Positions 45,026 through 45,164 of a DNA stretch of 45,164 nucleotides are shown here, piece by piece. This DNA is from an uncultured Halobacteriales archaeon (GTDB taxonomy: Archaea > Thermoplasmatota > E2 > JACPAO01 > JAHWKR01), in NCBI GenBank assembly GCA_964452895.1, contig CAYVRY010000002.1, forward strand, positions 18,155-63,318, in the 5' to 3' direction. The notes beneath the pieces were generated by a model. The model made no database searches. It was not told the origin of the DNA and saw only the letters and a list, made by a program, of their open reading frames with translations. A program made the translations under genes and the position numbers. Position 1 is the stretch's first letter. Each line of letters starts with the position of its first letter.

Positions 45026-45164
45026 CCCGTTCTACTCCTCGAAGACGGGGGCGTTGTACGCCAGGTGACCACGACGGTCGCGCTCAGGATCGTAGCCCGT
45101 TCTACGCCTCGAAGACGGGGGCGTTGTAACGCCAGGTGACCACGACGGTCGCGCTCAGGATCGT
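45022..45164. repeat. 70/71-bp tandem repeat, truncated by the window end
   Basis: Unit 1 is 45022-45091. Unit 2 is 45092-45162 (one substitution, one 1-bp insertion). The last two bases match the start of a third unit. Confidence 0.9.

Noticed and set aside
45022-45164. CRISPR array or DGR TR/VR pair
   Set aside because: Units abut with no unique spacers and are too long for CRISPR repeats. There is only one substitution plus an indel, and no cas or RT gene in the window.

Overview
High-GC archaeal chromosome segment. It is most consistent with Thermoplasmatota, based on aIF-1A, TiaS, Cgi121, Hel308, Nre, a GPN GTPase, Sec61beta and a CoaD-YjjX fusion. It is mostly core genome. From left to right it holds: the 3' end of a Lys/Arg-rich histone-H1-like gene; a Rieske/split cytochrome b (b6 + subunit IV) respiratory operon with no canonical cytochrome c1 or f; a liv-type ABC transporter; a large FAD/CCG oxidoreductase homologue; DNA repair, tRNA modification and ribosome biogenesis genes; purD, coaD-yjjX, an orphan Rieske oxygenase and proC; two tRNAs (Arg-GCG, Thr-TGT); several acidic secreted proteins; and a 70-bp tandem repeat running off the right end. 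I found no CRISPR array, transposase or integrase. The two best candidates for novelty are (1) a protein with cytochrome-f-like architecture and a single-Cys 'GCH' motif heading the Rieske/cytb operon, and (2) an intact 922-aa FAD + ferredoxin + 2xCCG protein in which every Fe-S cysteine ligand appears to be substituted. All family assignments come from motif recognition by eye, not database searches. Many start codons are my estimates.
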